This document shows, piece after piece, positions 1 to 14,000 of a stretch of 64,000 nt of DNA. The number at the start of each line of letters is the position of its first letter. The stretch's first letter is position 1. The DNA is taken from the NCBI RefSeq assembly GCF_002113885.1, contig NW_018407322.1, positions 1,105,026-1,169,025 on the forward strand, read 5' to 3'. The notes beneath the pieces were generated by a model, which saw only the letters and a list, made by a program, of their open reading frames with translations, ran no database searches and was not told the origin of the DNA. Made by a program: the position numbers and the translations under genes. The DNA comes from Mizuhopecten yessoensis. Its lineage: Eukaryota.

Positions 1-700
1 ATAGAGAGGAGCAACTACCTCATTTCATACTGTAGATAAGATAGAGAGGACCAATTACCTCATTTCGTACTCTTAATAACATAGAGAGGACCAACTACCT
101 CATTTCATACTGTTAATAACATTGAGAGGACCAATTACCTCATTTCATACTGTAGATAAGATAGAGAGGACCAATTACCTCATTTCATACTGTAGATAAG
201 ATAGAGAGGACCAATTACCTCATTTCATACTGTAGATAAGATAGAGAGGACCAATTACCTCATTTCATACTGTAGATAAGATAGAGAGGACCAATTACCT
301 CATTTCATACTGTAGATAAGATAGAGAGGACCAATTACCTCATTTCATACTGTAGATAAGATAGAGAGGACCAATTACCTCATTTCATACTGTAGATAAG
401 ATAGAGAGGACCAACTACCTCATTTCATACTGTAGATAAGATAAAGAGGACCAACTACCTCATGTCATACTGTATATAACATAGAGAGGAGCAACTACCT
501 CATTTCATACTGTAGATCAGATAGAGAGGACCAACTACGTCATGTCATACTGTAGATCAGATAGAGTGGACCAACTACCTCATGTCATACTGTAGATCAG
601 ATAGAGTGGACCAACTACCTCATTTCATACTGTAGATCAGATAGAGAGGACCAACTACCTCATGTCATACTGTAGATAAAATAATGAGCACTAGCTACTT
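1..700. repeat. 40-bp minisatellite in an Arpin intron, running off the window start
   Basis: Tandem unit atagagaggaccaattacctcatttcatactgtagataag, about 17 copies, degenerating after about 680. Confidence 0.95.
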
Positions 701-1164
701 CATTTCGTACTGTTATTTTCAAATTGAGGACCAGCCGCCACATCACCTAAAGTGCGGCATGTTATCTCATTTGATACATAAGAAATAGTGGACCATCTAC
801 CTTTATTTGTACTGTAAATACGAAAGTGAGGAGTGGTAGCTAAAGTCTACTGATTGTGAGAGTTTAGACTGTCTACCTCAACTACAGTAAATTAGAAAGT
901 GACAACCGACTACATGAATCTTCATCTTTAGTGAGGAGCAGTAAGCTCAACCCTCCTCCCCAGTCAGAACAGTGTTATACCTCAGATGTGTATGTGATTG
1001 TATTATCTGTACCGTTTTTTTATGTTTTGATGATTGTTGTTCACTTCAGATTATTTTCTCAATTCATACTTTTACCATTGATCAATACATGGTGATATGT
1101 TTTTTTAATCACATAAGTAGATAAATGCATGATTCTGTGTTTATCAACACGTGTTTATCTACAG

Positions 1165-2913
1165 AGGTGGAAGCCAAGGGACCGACTGACCGTCTGACCA
1201 ATCAGGAAGCAGCAGACTTGCTGGCCAATCAAGAGCTGACGAGGCTGACCAGTAAACAACAACCTTCAGGATGTGATCAGTGTCTGTCACTATGGTTACC
1301 CGAGAATCAGACTGAGAAACTTGAGATAACCGAAGGAGATGCTATCAGAGTGAAATCAAGAGGAAACGGACCTGTAATATGTAAATAATACAACTCTGCC
1401 TTATATTTGTAACAAGTGGTTCGATGTATCAATATTAAAATATCCGTAAGTAGTCTCTGAATCAGTACAATGACATATGTACCTGTAAATAAATGACCCC
1501 CAGTCCACAATATGTATATCCCCTATATGAGTGGATATAACAGGTTGTATTTAGGGTTTCCTCTTAGTGATAACTATTATAAAAGCCAATGATAAGATAC
1601 GGTTTCCCCTTTGTGGTAAATATTATAGAAGCATGTTGTATGGCTTCCTGGGGACGGATAATTCAAAAACCTTTAATATGGTGTCCCTCTTTAGTGTTGA
1701 ATATTATAAATGACTGTTATATGGTTTCCCTCAGGTGTGGTGAGTGTTTTATATGACTGGTATATGGTTTCCCTCAGGTGTGGTGAATGTTATAAATAAC
1801 TGTTATATGGTTTTCCTCAGGTGTGGTGAATGTTTTAAATGACTGTTATATTGTTTGTTTCCCTCAGGTGTGGTGAATGTTATAAATAACTGTTATATGG
1901 TTTCCTTCAGGTGTGGTGAATGTTTTATATGACTGTTATATGGTTTCCCTCAGGAGTGGTGGATTTTATAAAGGACTGTTATATGGTTTCCCTCAGGAGT
2001 GGTGAATATTATAAATAACATGTGAAGGTTTCCCTTTAATATGGGTTCCCTAAGTAGTGGTGAATATTATGAATGACTTGTATGTGGTTTCCTTAAGTAG
2101 TGGTGACTTTTTTAAAGGACTGTTATGTGGTTTCCCTTTGAAGTGGTGAATATTACACAGAAATGTTATATGGTTTCGCTCTGTAGTGATGGTTCATATA
2201 AATTATTGTTATATGCATTGCCCCTAGTATTTGATATCATACATGTTTAAGTCTTGTTTATTTTTTTTTACAAATTTTTATTGATTCCAAGTACTTTAAA
2301 AAGACCTAACTCTTTTATAGTGAGTTAGCAGATGCATATTTACGTTTTCCTCTCAGCATTGACAACAAGGTTGTAAAAAAGGGTACCGAGAGATGATAGA
2401 AATCTGGATGTACACACTACATGTAACGATTCAATCTTACTTTCTTTCTCTCCCTTCACAGTTAGCATTGCCAAGATGGAGGGTCAGTCGGCCAGTGTGT
2501 CCAACTTTGCAGGCGGCGAACAGGTTGGCGGATCTTGGACTGACAAAATCATGGGACTCAAGTCGACTGCCCCGGGGGAGGAGGAGGAGGAGGATGACGA
2601 CCAGGATTGGGTGTGTACAGTTTTATATATAATCATACAACACTGATTATGTAGTATCAATGTACTGTGTTTTAATTTTGATATTATCATGCTGTATGTT
2701 TTTCGTCTATTTGTCACAGCAACTATATGTTTAAACGGTACTATTTTTGTATTTGATATCGTCGTCTCACACTTTGAATATAGTTGATTGATGAAATTGA
2801 CATTTGAAATTGATACTGATTTTAACATGATCGGCAGAATTTTTGTGCTAAATTTATGAGGTCTTGCTATATACATATATATCTATATTCGCCATGATTA
2901 TTTCCAGGAGTAA
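1165..2913 (+). CDS. ARPIN: Arpin (Arp2/3 complex inhibitor), 3' part: exons 1165-1380, 2462-2610, 2908-2913; 5' exons lie upstream of the window
   Basis: GT-AG splicing gives (K)VEAKGPTDRLT...WLPE...GDAIRVKSRGNGPVIFSIAKME...NFAGGEQVGGSWTDKIMGLKSTAPGEEEEEDDDQDWE*. This matches recalled human Arpin (KVEAKGDTDRLT...FWMPESE...VRLKTRGDGPFLDSLAKLE...NFTGDGKTGASWTDNIMAQK...EDEEWDD), including the acidic Trp tail. Intron phases are compatible; the tiny last exon is tttccag|GAG TAA. Confidence 0.92.
1700..2165. repeat. ~43-bp degenerate minisatellite in an Arpin intron
   Basis: Unit approximately atgactgttatatggtttccctcaggtgtggtgaatgttataa, about 10 copies. Confidence 0.85.
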
Positions 2914-3189
2914 CGTTAACGACACCACTGACATTGTCGTTCACAAATACGAATAACCTGATGAGCCAGACTTCACGACACGGAAACAGTGGATGGAAGA
3001 TAGGATCTGTTTTGTTTTTCCGGAACGTTTTTGCGGAAAATACTATAAAATAAATAAACTATTCTACTCAATGTGTTCATTCTTTTAGATTCAACAACAA
3101 AGTGGGGTGTAGTTGGAGATAAATTGTATTCAAATACCACGTAAAAAAACAAGCTGTTTTTTTTCAAGCTGAGCTGGATAGAGGATAAA

Positions 3190-3540
3190 TAACACGTGGC
3201 TAGTGTTAGAGGATATCCTACACGTGACTATTGTTAGAGGATATCTTACACGTGACTATTGTTAGAGGATATCTTACACGTGACTATTGTCAGATGATAT
3301 CTTACACGTGACTTATGATAGAGGGCATGTAACACGTGACTATGCATAGAGGTATCTAACACGACACTATTGATAGGGGATATCTAACACGTGACTTTTG
3401 ATAAAGAATATCTAACAACTGCCCATTGACAGAGAATAACTGACACCTGAGTATTGATAGAAAACATCTTAGACGTGACTAATGATGGAGATTATCTAAC
3501 ACGTGACTAGTATTGAGATGAACTGACACGTGACTATTCA
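3190..3540. repeat. 28-bp minisatellite downstream of the Arpin stop codon
   Basis: Unit acacgtgactattgttagaggatatctt, about 12 progressively degenerate copies. Confidence 0.85.
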
Positions 3541-6500
3541 TCGAGTATATCTTATGTTTGATTATTGACTATGATATATACCCATTATGGAGTACATGTA
3601 TTCGTTCAAGTATAATATTCTACCAGCTCAAGTTAGTGTGCTGAATTGAAAATTAACTTGACGAAATATATATATACTGCATATAAAACTAGCTATGGTT
3701 AACAGCATACAAAATGTATATATATTTCATTGTTGTTGCCTTAAAATGTCCATTTAGCAAATGTAAATTACATTAAAGTTAATGTGAGGGAACGTCATGT
3801 ACAACTTGTTTGCATTTTATTTCATTTCCTGTTCCGTTAATAAAAAAAAAAAGGAAATAAATATTTGTGTTTATATTCATCAAATCACTTTAATAAATGT
3901 TGACCAAACACATACTGGTGTATCCTCATTTACATACCTATTGATATAGCTATACTATACCTACCTTAACAACGCCAATGGGAATTTACTCAAGATAATG
4001 TAGAAACTATGATGGGACCCACCTAAAGTAAAGTGGTTACTCTGATGTCTTTTTTAAAAAGCGTGTGGTACTACTTGTAACATTTTTACAAGCAGATGTC
4101 GCGTTTACTTGTCTATGTTAGCACGGAAGGTCCAGTTGGTTATACATGTCTGTTTTACAATCTAGAGACACTACGTATATACCGTACACACTCAGTTTGT
4201 GTCTGTCATCGCTGGTTATCCTGATCTCAGTGTTGTCTCTTAGTGTTGTAACCCGAGACAATCTCTTGCCTTACACTCACCTGTGTAAATGGCTCTGGTT
4301 TTTGTAATACATTTGATAATTTTATGATTTTACAGTAAGATAGTTATTTTGATCGTTGTAATACGGTACCTTGCGGAAGTACTTTAGGACAACAGTCGCC
4401 ACCTCTATGTAATTAGGATAACTTTTCGCCAGCTGAGTGGACGAGTACATAAAACGCCGTTTTTATTGCGAGGCAACACTTGAAATAATTTACCAAGATT
4501 ATTTAACTTAAGTTGAAGACCCAAAACAAACTTTTCGACCACTGTTTGTATTTATTTGTATCTTTAATATCGCAGGGTGCCTCCAATTTGTCATAATGAC
4601 GTCTTGGTAAAATGATATAGTCTATGAATCTTTGTTCTGTAAAGTAAGGAAGCAATTGGAAGCTTACAATCGAGTTTAGCCTGTATTCGGTTATGCATCG
4701 TAGCACTAGGCATTCAAAGTCACTGTATGTCATATAACGACGACAGTGACCACACGTAATGGCCAGTAACAATGTTAAAACATGCGGAAAGTGAAATTGA
4801 CATCAATGAATATCGTTAATGAAGGTTTTGAAAATGAAGAAAGTATGTAACAAACTCCATGGACGAATTTATCTTACCCATTCTGTCCTTGTGTTGAAGC
4901 ACAATCTCATTGGATTGGTACTACGTATATTTGGGTTTTGGCTGAACAGACTAGTGTGTCTAAAACCGAAACCTCAATATCCAAAAGGCTTTTCGAAGAT
5001 TGAAATTTACATGATTGAAAACTGTCATTACGTAGAAGCAACACTTGCATTATAAAATACGACTTTTGATCTTCAATGAAGGCGCAGAAATCATATTTTA
5101 AAAAAATAAGTCTGTTCTGACGAGGTGAATGATTGTTGGTACATGGTGGGGAATTACAAAGAATAAATGGAAATGTTTGGTCACCAAAACATTCTCTTAA
5201 CGAAAACACACTATTTTTAGGAACCACAGACACGCCTGAAATAATTAATAATTATTTCTGTGTGCCTTCGTGAATATTCCAATGTTTCTGTGCCGAACCG
5301 CTGATCTCCACTTATGCGACTACATGCGGTGTTTTCACAGAAGCCCATTTCTCTGGAAAGAAAAAAAAACTATATACTTACCTCAGTTTCATTATAAATT
5401 ACAATAATATTTTATTAGCGTGTTATATACAATTTGTATGCGCAATCATCGTCATCCACCCTCAATGTTTCACATCGAAGCTAATAGACACGGATTAGTG
5501 AAGATGTCGCCGTGAAATATACATGTGTGTTTACACGTTGATGAGGTTATGTCTGGTTCAATGTTTGCTGACGTAATGATCATCCGTCTCAAACCTATAA
5601 TTAAATCTAGAGGTAACAATTTTTTCACCTCTATAGATAATGACATCGATTTTTGTCGTTATAATGCCAAGAAGCATAGGTTAATTGTGTGTTGTGTACG
5701 GGGCGATACTGACCTGACTCCTGACTGACCTGCACGCGAGCTGTTTGCTGGACACTATTGATTCATATGAAGAAACCTCAAACCCTACACGGAAATGATT
5801 AATTTAGTACTATTCAGAATTTATATATCAAATTTATAGATATTTTATAATAATGCAATTTCCATTCTGCAACGCAAATATCTCGCTGTCTGTCCCCAGA
5901 CCGGACGTCTTCACAATGACCTCTGTCACCGTTAAGAGCATTCCCTCTGCGTTCAGTGGAAGTCCTATTTTCGCTTTTCACAAGTTACGTTCGGTATAAA
6001 AATTATATTTGTGTCTTGTAGCATGCAGAAAATGTATAAATAAAGTACAAGTTGTCATTGTTGTCTGCATGGGGAAAATAAAATAAGGGAAAATTGTTCT
6101 GAAAATTTTTTCGTAACGGAATACTGAATAGCGCCAATTTTTTATTTTTTTTATTTTTTTTTATTTTTTGGAAATAACAACTTGTGATATATATTTTTTT
6201 CTGTAACGCCCACTTTGTATGAGCGCAGTTATAATCCAAAAGATCGTCCAGATATGTACCTCAAACTGAATACTCACTCCTGCCATCTGCCACAACGTTT
6301 TGTTTGGACTTACTCAACTTATGACTGTACTTTATTCTCTGAGGACAAAGGATACTTTTTGTGTGTCAGCTACATGCACCTATACGTGCTCCACAAATGC
6401 AACCTAGTTAGGTACATTCGTATCCGTCTTTTGACAAGAAAACGTATTTTTCACAACATTCATATCGCGTCATTGTAATCAGTGATAGTTTTGTGAGACT

Positions 6501-7894
6501 TTCAGTTTTTGAAAATATTACAGGTAGATGGACGTAAGATGGACGTAAGATGGACGTAAGATTGCGAAACCAAACACTTCCTCCCGTAATACTAGACACC
6601 AGTGATTCGGTATGTAAGGGTGAACTTTGACTTATAATTTCTACACCTCACTGATTGACACAAACGTCACAGGGCAACGGGTACTGCGTAAATGTCGGCT
6701 TCATTGAAGTAAAAGGTACATATTTGATAAAAGAACACACGGCCTAAGCCTTTAAATGTCGTCATATATGCTAATAGCACTTCACGATACATTTTCCTTT
6801 TATTTAATAAAACTCCAATTGAGTTTAGACCTGGTAAAATATAAAATCTGCAGAATTATTGAAAATGATACAGACGCATTCATTTACAATGTCCTTGATA
6901 TGATATGGCAAGAAAAATACATTTGAGAAGTCACGTAAATTCTAACCTTCTATAGAAAGAAAAAAGAAGTACTCTATTGTATTCTAGATGGCAAGGGATT
7001 CGATAATGACTTACCTATTCTACTGCATCGTATGCGTCAATAGAACTGAAAAAGGTGTAGCCAGTATTGTTGGCTAAATTCGATAAATGTCAATCGAATT
7101 ACGATTTAATGTTAAATGTAATTGTTTGATATAATAATGTTGAAACGAAAATAAATTTGTATTGATATTTGTGTGTCTGAACCGTAGACAAAGAACGATG
7201 AATATCAGGTAACTGTGGTAAGATGTCTTATGTTACATAGCGATACCATCTAAATGATTGTTTGATACTAAGTAGAACACTCACAATGCGGTCGATTGTA
7301 ATATATAGGTGTGATTTCAATTATGACAAATGTAATACTGACAAATATATTAAGATCCATGTCGTGTGATTATTGGTATAACCTGTGAATATGAAAGCGT
7401 GTAATACATTTTCTGTAAAAGATACTCGGAGCCCTGGCGAGGACTAACAAGATGAATCTTATAGCATGGCTACTTTGGCCGGCTAACCCTGAGGAATTAG
7501 TAATACGTGATCTGGGATTCGGGTATACGTCACAGGCAACACCATGGCAATAGTGACCACGCCTTTGATGTATATGAGCGTCCTGGACGGGTTAGCATGT
7601 AAACGGATGACAGTAAAATCGAGCGTGCTAGATTTAGCTCGGACTGACATAATTACATTGGGTGCTGTCACAAGCTGGTTTATAATAGGACGCTAGGAAG
7701 TTGGTTATGTGTTCTATCTCACTTTTATAGCATAGTAACGAGTGCAAATATGATGCTCGAATCCGTAATTTCGCTTTTATTGAAAATTAATTGATTTTTA
7801 GGGTTTGTGAACAAATGACAGAACTGCGCCGGATTATTTGACAATGTATGGATGTTAAGGACTTCCGCTCAGATTCATTAGCGTGGTTCGCCTT

Positions 7895-8025
7895 TGTGAT
7901 GACGTCACATCGATTGCTTCTGACGGACCAATGATATGAGACTCTACCAATGGGAGCAATACCTGATCTAACAAAAAGAGCCTATAGCGTATATATATGG
8001 GGACGGCAGGAGTAGTGGATCAGAC
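7895..8025 (+). promoter_or_regulatory. Pol II promoter of the prepropeptide gene
   Basis: Full CRE TGACGTCA 7900-7907, CCAAT 7928-7932 and 7947-7951, TATATATA 7990-7997. An Inr-like tcag lies about 30 nt later, followed by ATG 8041 and a gtaagt donor at 8053. Confidence 0.7.
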
Positions 8026-8040
8026 AGAAAACAACTTAGA

Positions 8041-11000
8041 ATGAACAACTCGGTAAGTACATTTTCTTCTTTTCATAATTTGATTGAGTGTTAAATAATC
8101 AATATATTACTATATTATATTTTTATTGTTATACAAACTGTACATTGATAATTATGATATCGCATTTTCACCCTTCTGTTTATTCCTACCTTTACTGTTT
8201 GTTCCTACCTTTACTGTTTGTTCCTACCTTATAAATAAAAGATTTGTAAAATTATCTTCCAATATAAATGTGAAACCGTTTATATTTTGGTATAGAATAC
8301 TGCTTTATTAGTATACATTTACTAATCTTTTACTATTATATGTTGAAAATAAATGTATATCATCCTTTTTTTGATAATTAATCATTCTACTAGTTGTTAA
8401 CAGAACAAATATGCATATGTTTAATCGCGACTTTACCATTTATTGATATTTATCATTTATTCTCAAAATACGCGTTGGTTGTCAAAACTGAGAGCACAGC
8501 AAATAATGTCTGTGATTGTGAAGAGGAATTTAGCGAACGCAATATTAGCGATGATGCCGAAAACTCCCCTTTCTACGTTCCGTTTGTCTTTGATTGTGGA
8601 TCACAAATACTTATTCCACTGGTCTATGACTGTGGATAACCTTTAGTTCCTCAACATTAACGTGTCTTCATATTCACACATCAGCGCTTTATAGACACGT
8701 GATCCACACAGATGTGGAATAAAAAAATAAAGAGTTACTTTAGGGCTATACTTCCTGAAACGTTTTTGGAAACAGTAAGATATCTAGAAATCAATATTAA
8801 AAATGAATCATCTCCAAAAAATTTGATTAAAACGAAATGAAATTTTCTTCAGAAAAGTTGAATTAAGACGTTCATACAGTTAACACGTAATTTCTTGATA
8901 ACGTGGGTTTGTTATTACACTACGTTTACTTGGTAACTTTGTCTTGGTATTACACTACGTTTACTTGGTAACTTTGTCCTGTTATTACACTACGTTTACT
9001 TGATAACGTTGTCTTGTTATTACACTACGTGTACTTGATAACGTTGTCCTGTTATTACACTACGTGTACTTGATAACGTTGTCCTGTTATTACACTACGT
9101 ATACTTGATAACGTTGTCCTGTTATTACACTACGTTTACTTGATACCGTTGTCCTGTTATTACACGACGTTTACTTGATAACGTTGGCTTGTTATTACAC
9201 GACGTTTACTTGATAACGTTGGCTTGTTATTACACGACGTTTACTTGATAACGTTGGCTTGTTATTACACGACGTTTACTTGATAACGTTGGCTTGTTAT
9301 TACACGACGTTTACTTGATAACGTTGGCTTGTTATTACACGACGTTTACTTGATAACGTTGGCTTGTTATTACACGACGTTTACTTGATAACGTTGGCTT
9401 GTTATTACACTTTGCTTACTTGATAACGTTGGCTTGTTTTTACACTACGTTTACCTGATAACGTTGGTTTGTTATCACACTACGTTTACTTGATACCGTT
9501 GGCTTGTTATTACACTACGTTTACTTGATAACGTTGGCTTGTTATTACACGACGTTTACTTGATAACGTTGGCTTGTTATTACACTTTGCTTACTTGATA
9601 ACGTTGGCTTGTTTTTACACTACGTTTACTTGATAACGTTGGTTTGTCATTACACTACGTTTACCTGATAACGTTGTCCTGTTATTACACTACGTTTACT
9701 TGATAACGTTGGTTTGTTATCACACTACGTTTACTTGATAACGTTGGCTTGTTATTACACGACGTTTACTTGATAACGTTGGCTTGTTATTACACTTTGT
9801 TTACTTGATAACGTTGGCTTGTTTTTACACTACGTTTACCTGATAACGTTGGTTTGTTATCACACTACGTTTACTTGATAATGTGGCTTGTTATTACACG
9901 ACGTTTACTTGATAACGTTGGCTTGTTATTACACGACGTTTACTTGATAACGTTGGCTTGTTATTACACGACGTTTACTTGATAACGTTGGCTTGTTATT
10001 ACACTACGTTTATTTGATAACTTTGTGTTGTTATTACACTACGTTTATTTGATACCGTTGTCCTGTTATTACACTACTTTTACTTGATAACGTTGGCTTG
10101 TTATTACACTTTGTTTACTTGATAACGTTGGCTTGTTTTTACACTACGTTTACTTGATAACGTTGTCTTTTTATTACACTACGTTTACTTTATAACGTTG
10201 TCTTTTTATTACACTACGTTTACTTTATAACGTTGGCTTGTTATTACACTACGTTTACTTGATAACGTTGTCCTGTTATTACACTACGTTTACTTGATAA
10301 CGTTGGCTTTTTATTACACTACGTTTACTTTATAACGTTGGCTTGTTATTACACTACGTGTACTTGATAACGTTGTCCTGTTATTACACGACGTTTACTT
10401 TATAACGTTGGCTTGTTATTACACTACGTTTACTTTATAACGTTGTCTTTTTATTACACTACGTTTACTTTATAACGTTGGCTTGTTATTACACTACGTT
10501 TACTTAACCACACGTTAAATAAAAGTAAAATATCTATGTTCTGTTAAACAAAGAGTTAGAAGTAAAATATCCCATTTACTTGAATGTATCGTTACCGTAA
10601 GACGTATCGACATAACCAAATGTTGAACTTAAAAATAGGTTCAGGTGCATACTTCAGAAGGTATCTACAGCAGTACCAGTATTGAATTATTATAGTATTT
10701 GATACGATTCCGTGTAGATATCGAATGTGAAAGGACAAACTAACGACACAGGGTTTCGAGACATGTATTAGTGTCTTTGTATTTGTCCCAGGGGTTTCCA
10801 TGTGATCTTTCTTTACGTCATATTTTGTCCTTATTTCCTCGATTTTGTATTTCATTTTTGTTCACAATTTCGATATTTTTACTACTGTGTCCGCTGATAT
10901 GTGCTGATTTCGTTATTTCATAATTTGCAATCTATCAGTTTTATTTTTAGTTTAGTTTAACATATTGCTATTATTCAGCAATGCAAACTCGTGTTTGCAT

Positions 11001-14000
11001 GTATTTAAAAGCTATAATGGAAATGGTGTTATATACTAGCCCGATCCTTTCACGTTCAGACATATTGACGAGGTTTTGTTCTTGCACAACAACATAAATA
11101 ACAAGTAGTTGCAATTGTCAATTATGATATCATATGTTTATCTTCGTCTGTTTCATACCTGTGGTATATCCACAATGATGGTAACCTCACTACCAACTGC
11201 ATGACTGGTGATCGTTTTAACCCAGCCACGTCTGATAATGGTTTTCCTATGTCAGTGCTATTTCCACGGAGCCTGTATTGACATTTATTTTACATTCTTG
11301 ATGCTGTCCCTTATGGTGACCTCTCAGATCCTGTCGATACAATTTCGAATCAAGTTTTGATTATATTCAGTTTTTAATTTCAAAGAGCTCGTCCGCCTTC
11401 TTGATCTTAGTCTCCGCACTGTTTAATATTTATGAAGTCGCTTCAATTAAATATTTTGGACAATGACATACGAAAGTGTAAGATAATTTTACCCATAAAC
11501 ATGGGAATACCAAAATCCTTAATCATACCGTTTATTGTTTTGGAAATGAAGGTAAACAGTTTAGGTACATGTGTATAGATAGTCGTTTGAATGATAAAGG
11601 CGCCTTTTACATTTTCATATATATTCGTAAAGTAAATCTAGTGATATGAAATAAATACATATATTCCCTTTCTTGACCCTGCTGTCAGAGATTTAACATA
11701 CATTCAGCTTCTAAATCAAGAATGCAATCTTACCAGCTGACAAAGACTCTAATTTTTACAGCATTGTGTCTTTGATAATTATTACACAAACTCTCTTCGT
11801 TTGTGTGACAATAGTGGTTAACGTAGCTGTACATGTACATATTGCCTAGATGGTTTGGTTTTATATGGTTTTATATGGTTTTAAGTCGTATTAACAGCTA
11901 AGGTCATTCAAGGACGTGCCTCCACGTAGGCGATACATGCCTTGTATGTGTGCTTGAGGCAGTATGACCCGGTTCTGATGCCGATTTTATAATACTTCCT
12001 CACTAAAATAACTACAATGCCGACGACACGCAACAAAGTATCCACCCCGGCACAATGTATTGACAACAGAGTAAGGACTAACTACTATTATTTTAAGTAG
12101 TTTGGTATGTCCCCCGGCCTGGGGACCGAACTCATTGCTGTCCTCACTTCGAAGAACCGAACGGTCAGCACTTTAGCCAAAAATGAGGTTTGTCAAGGAA
12201 GGCACTAGGAAATAAACGTTCTTATGAAGCAGAGTAAAAATATAAACGTCCTATATACTGCAATGGTTGCAGCAGATGTATTATTATGTCACCGAATGAA
12301 GAGCACATTAGCAAATCCCGAATTCTACAGGGGTTTCCTCATTACTTGCTTCTCCCAGCATGTAGTGGGTAGAAATATAACAGCAGGTACATTCGTTCTC
12401 AAACCTCGACCTCCAGGAGGCAATGTCAATAATCCTTCTCTTGTCAAATGACCCAAACGAGATATGGATCAAGCATCGATACAAAAATTGTGTTTGTTTC
12501 CTATGTTACGTCCTTACATTGCAAAAACAATCAAACAACTATTTCTTAAAGGTTTATATATCTGTTCAATTACAAGACTTTTCATTATTATTACAGGAAT
12601 CTAAATAACAATTCACCGTAACACTCACCGTAGTAACTTGAAGTCCAAATAAGTCTACTTCTTGCAGTAAATATAACACTTATCCATTATACTAACCGTA
12701 GTTGATAATACACTTTACCATTGTACTAACCGAAGTTAATAATACACTTGACCATTGTATTAACCGCAGTCAATGATACACTTAACCGTAATACTAACCG
12801 AAGTTAATAATACACTTAACCATTGTACTAACCGGAGTTAATAACACACTTTACCATAATACTAACCGCAGTTAATAATACACGTAACCATGATACTAGC
12901 CGTAGTTTATAATACTCTTTACCATTATACTAACCGAAGTTAATAATACACTTAACCATTGTACTAACCGAAGTTAATAATACACTTGACCATTGTACTA
13001 ACCGCAGTTAATGATACACTTAACCATAATACTAACCGAAGTTAATAATACACTTAACCATTGTACTAACCGCAGTTAATAATACACGTAACCATGATAC
13101 TAGCCGTAGTTTATAATACTCTTTACCATTATACTAACCGAAGTTAATAATACACTTAACCATTGTACTAACCGCAGTTAATGATACACTTAACCATTGT
13201 ACTAACCGTAGTTATTTAAATACATTTAGCAATCATTCTGACCGCAGTATATCTTGTTAACCACTTAACCTCCAAACTACCTACAGTTAAAACTATTAAC
13301 CATCATACATGTACTAACCGCAGTATCAGACGTAAAACTGCATAGCTACTATGCTTACTGCAGTAAGACGGAAATCATGGTTATATGATGAATTTTCACG
13401 TGGAGTTTCGAAAATCTAAAAAACAGTATCACGAGTACAAAGTTTGACTTCTCTACCATTTATGTAGCCTTTCCTTCACATGTCTGAAATATATTACATG
13501 TAGTGTTTTTGTCTAAACTAGCAATCCCATTCGTCAATAGAAATGAGAGCTATCTTGTTATGTTAACAAATCAACAAAAACGTACACAGATAATGATTAG
13601 GTCTGTACGAGGATATGTTTTTATTATCTTTTACGTTTTATTTTGAAGAAAATTCAACAGAATATTGTTTTTCTTAAGGAAGTTATTGTGCGCCACTTCC
13701 ATGTTATCCAAGATCGGACAATGTGACAGTTATCAGTTCATACAGGTGTCAAACAGCGTAACGGTTCTTATTTTATTAGAAAATATGACTTTTATTATCT
13801 CATTCACGTATCAGACAATGAATAACGTTTTTTTTTACATAAGTATAAAACAATGTGACAGTTATTATTTCATACACGTATCAGACAATATGACTGTTAT
13901 TACTTGATACAAGTATCAGACAATATGACATTCATTATTTTATACACGTATCAGACAATATGACTGTTATTACGTTATACAAGTATCAGACAATATGACA

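Noticed and set aside
2393-2876. ORFs 2393-2632 (+) and 2484-2876 (-)
   Set aside because: Wrong-frame and antisense shadows of the Arpin exon 2462-2610.
4500-7700. Short 60-110 aa ORFs in AT-rich intergenic DNA, here and elsewhere in the window
   Set aside because: No recognisable domains, low-complexity composition, many non-ATG starts and no coherent splice structure.
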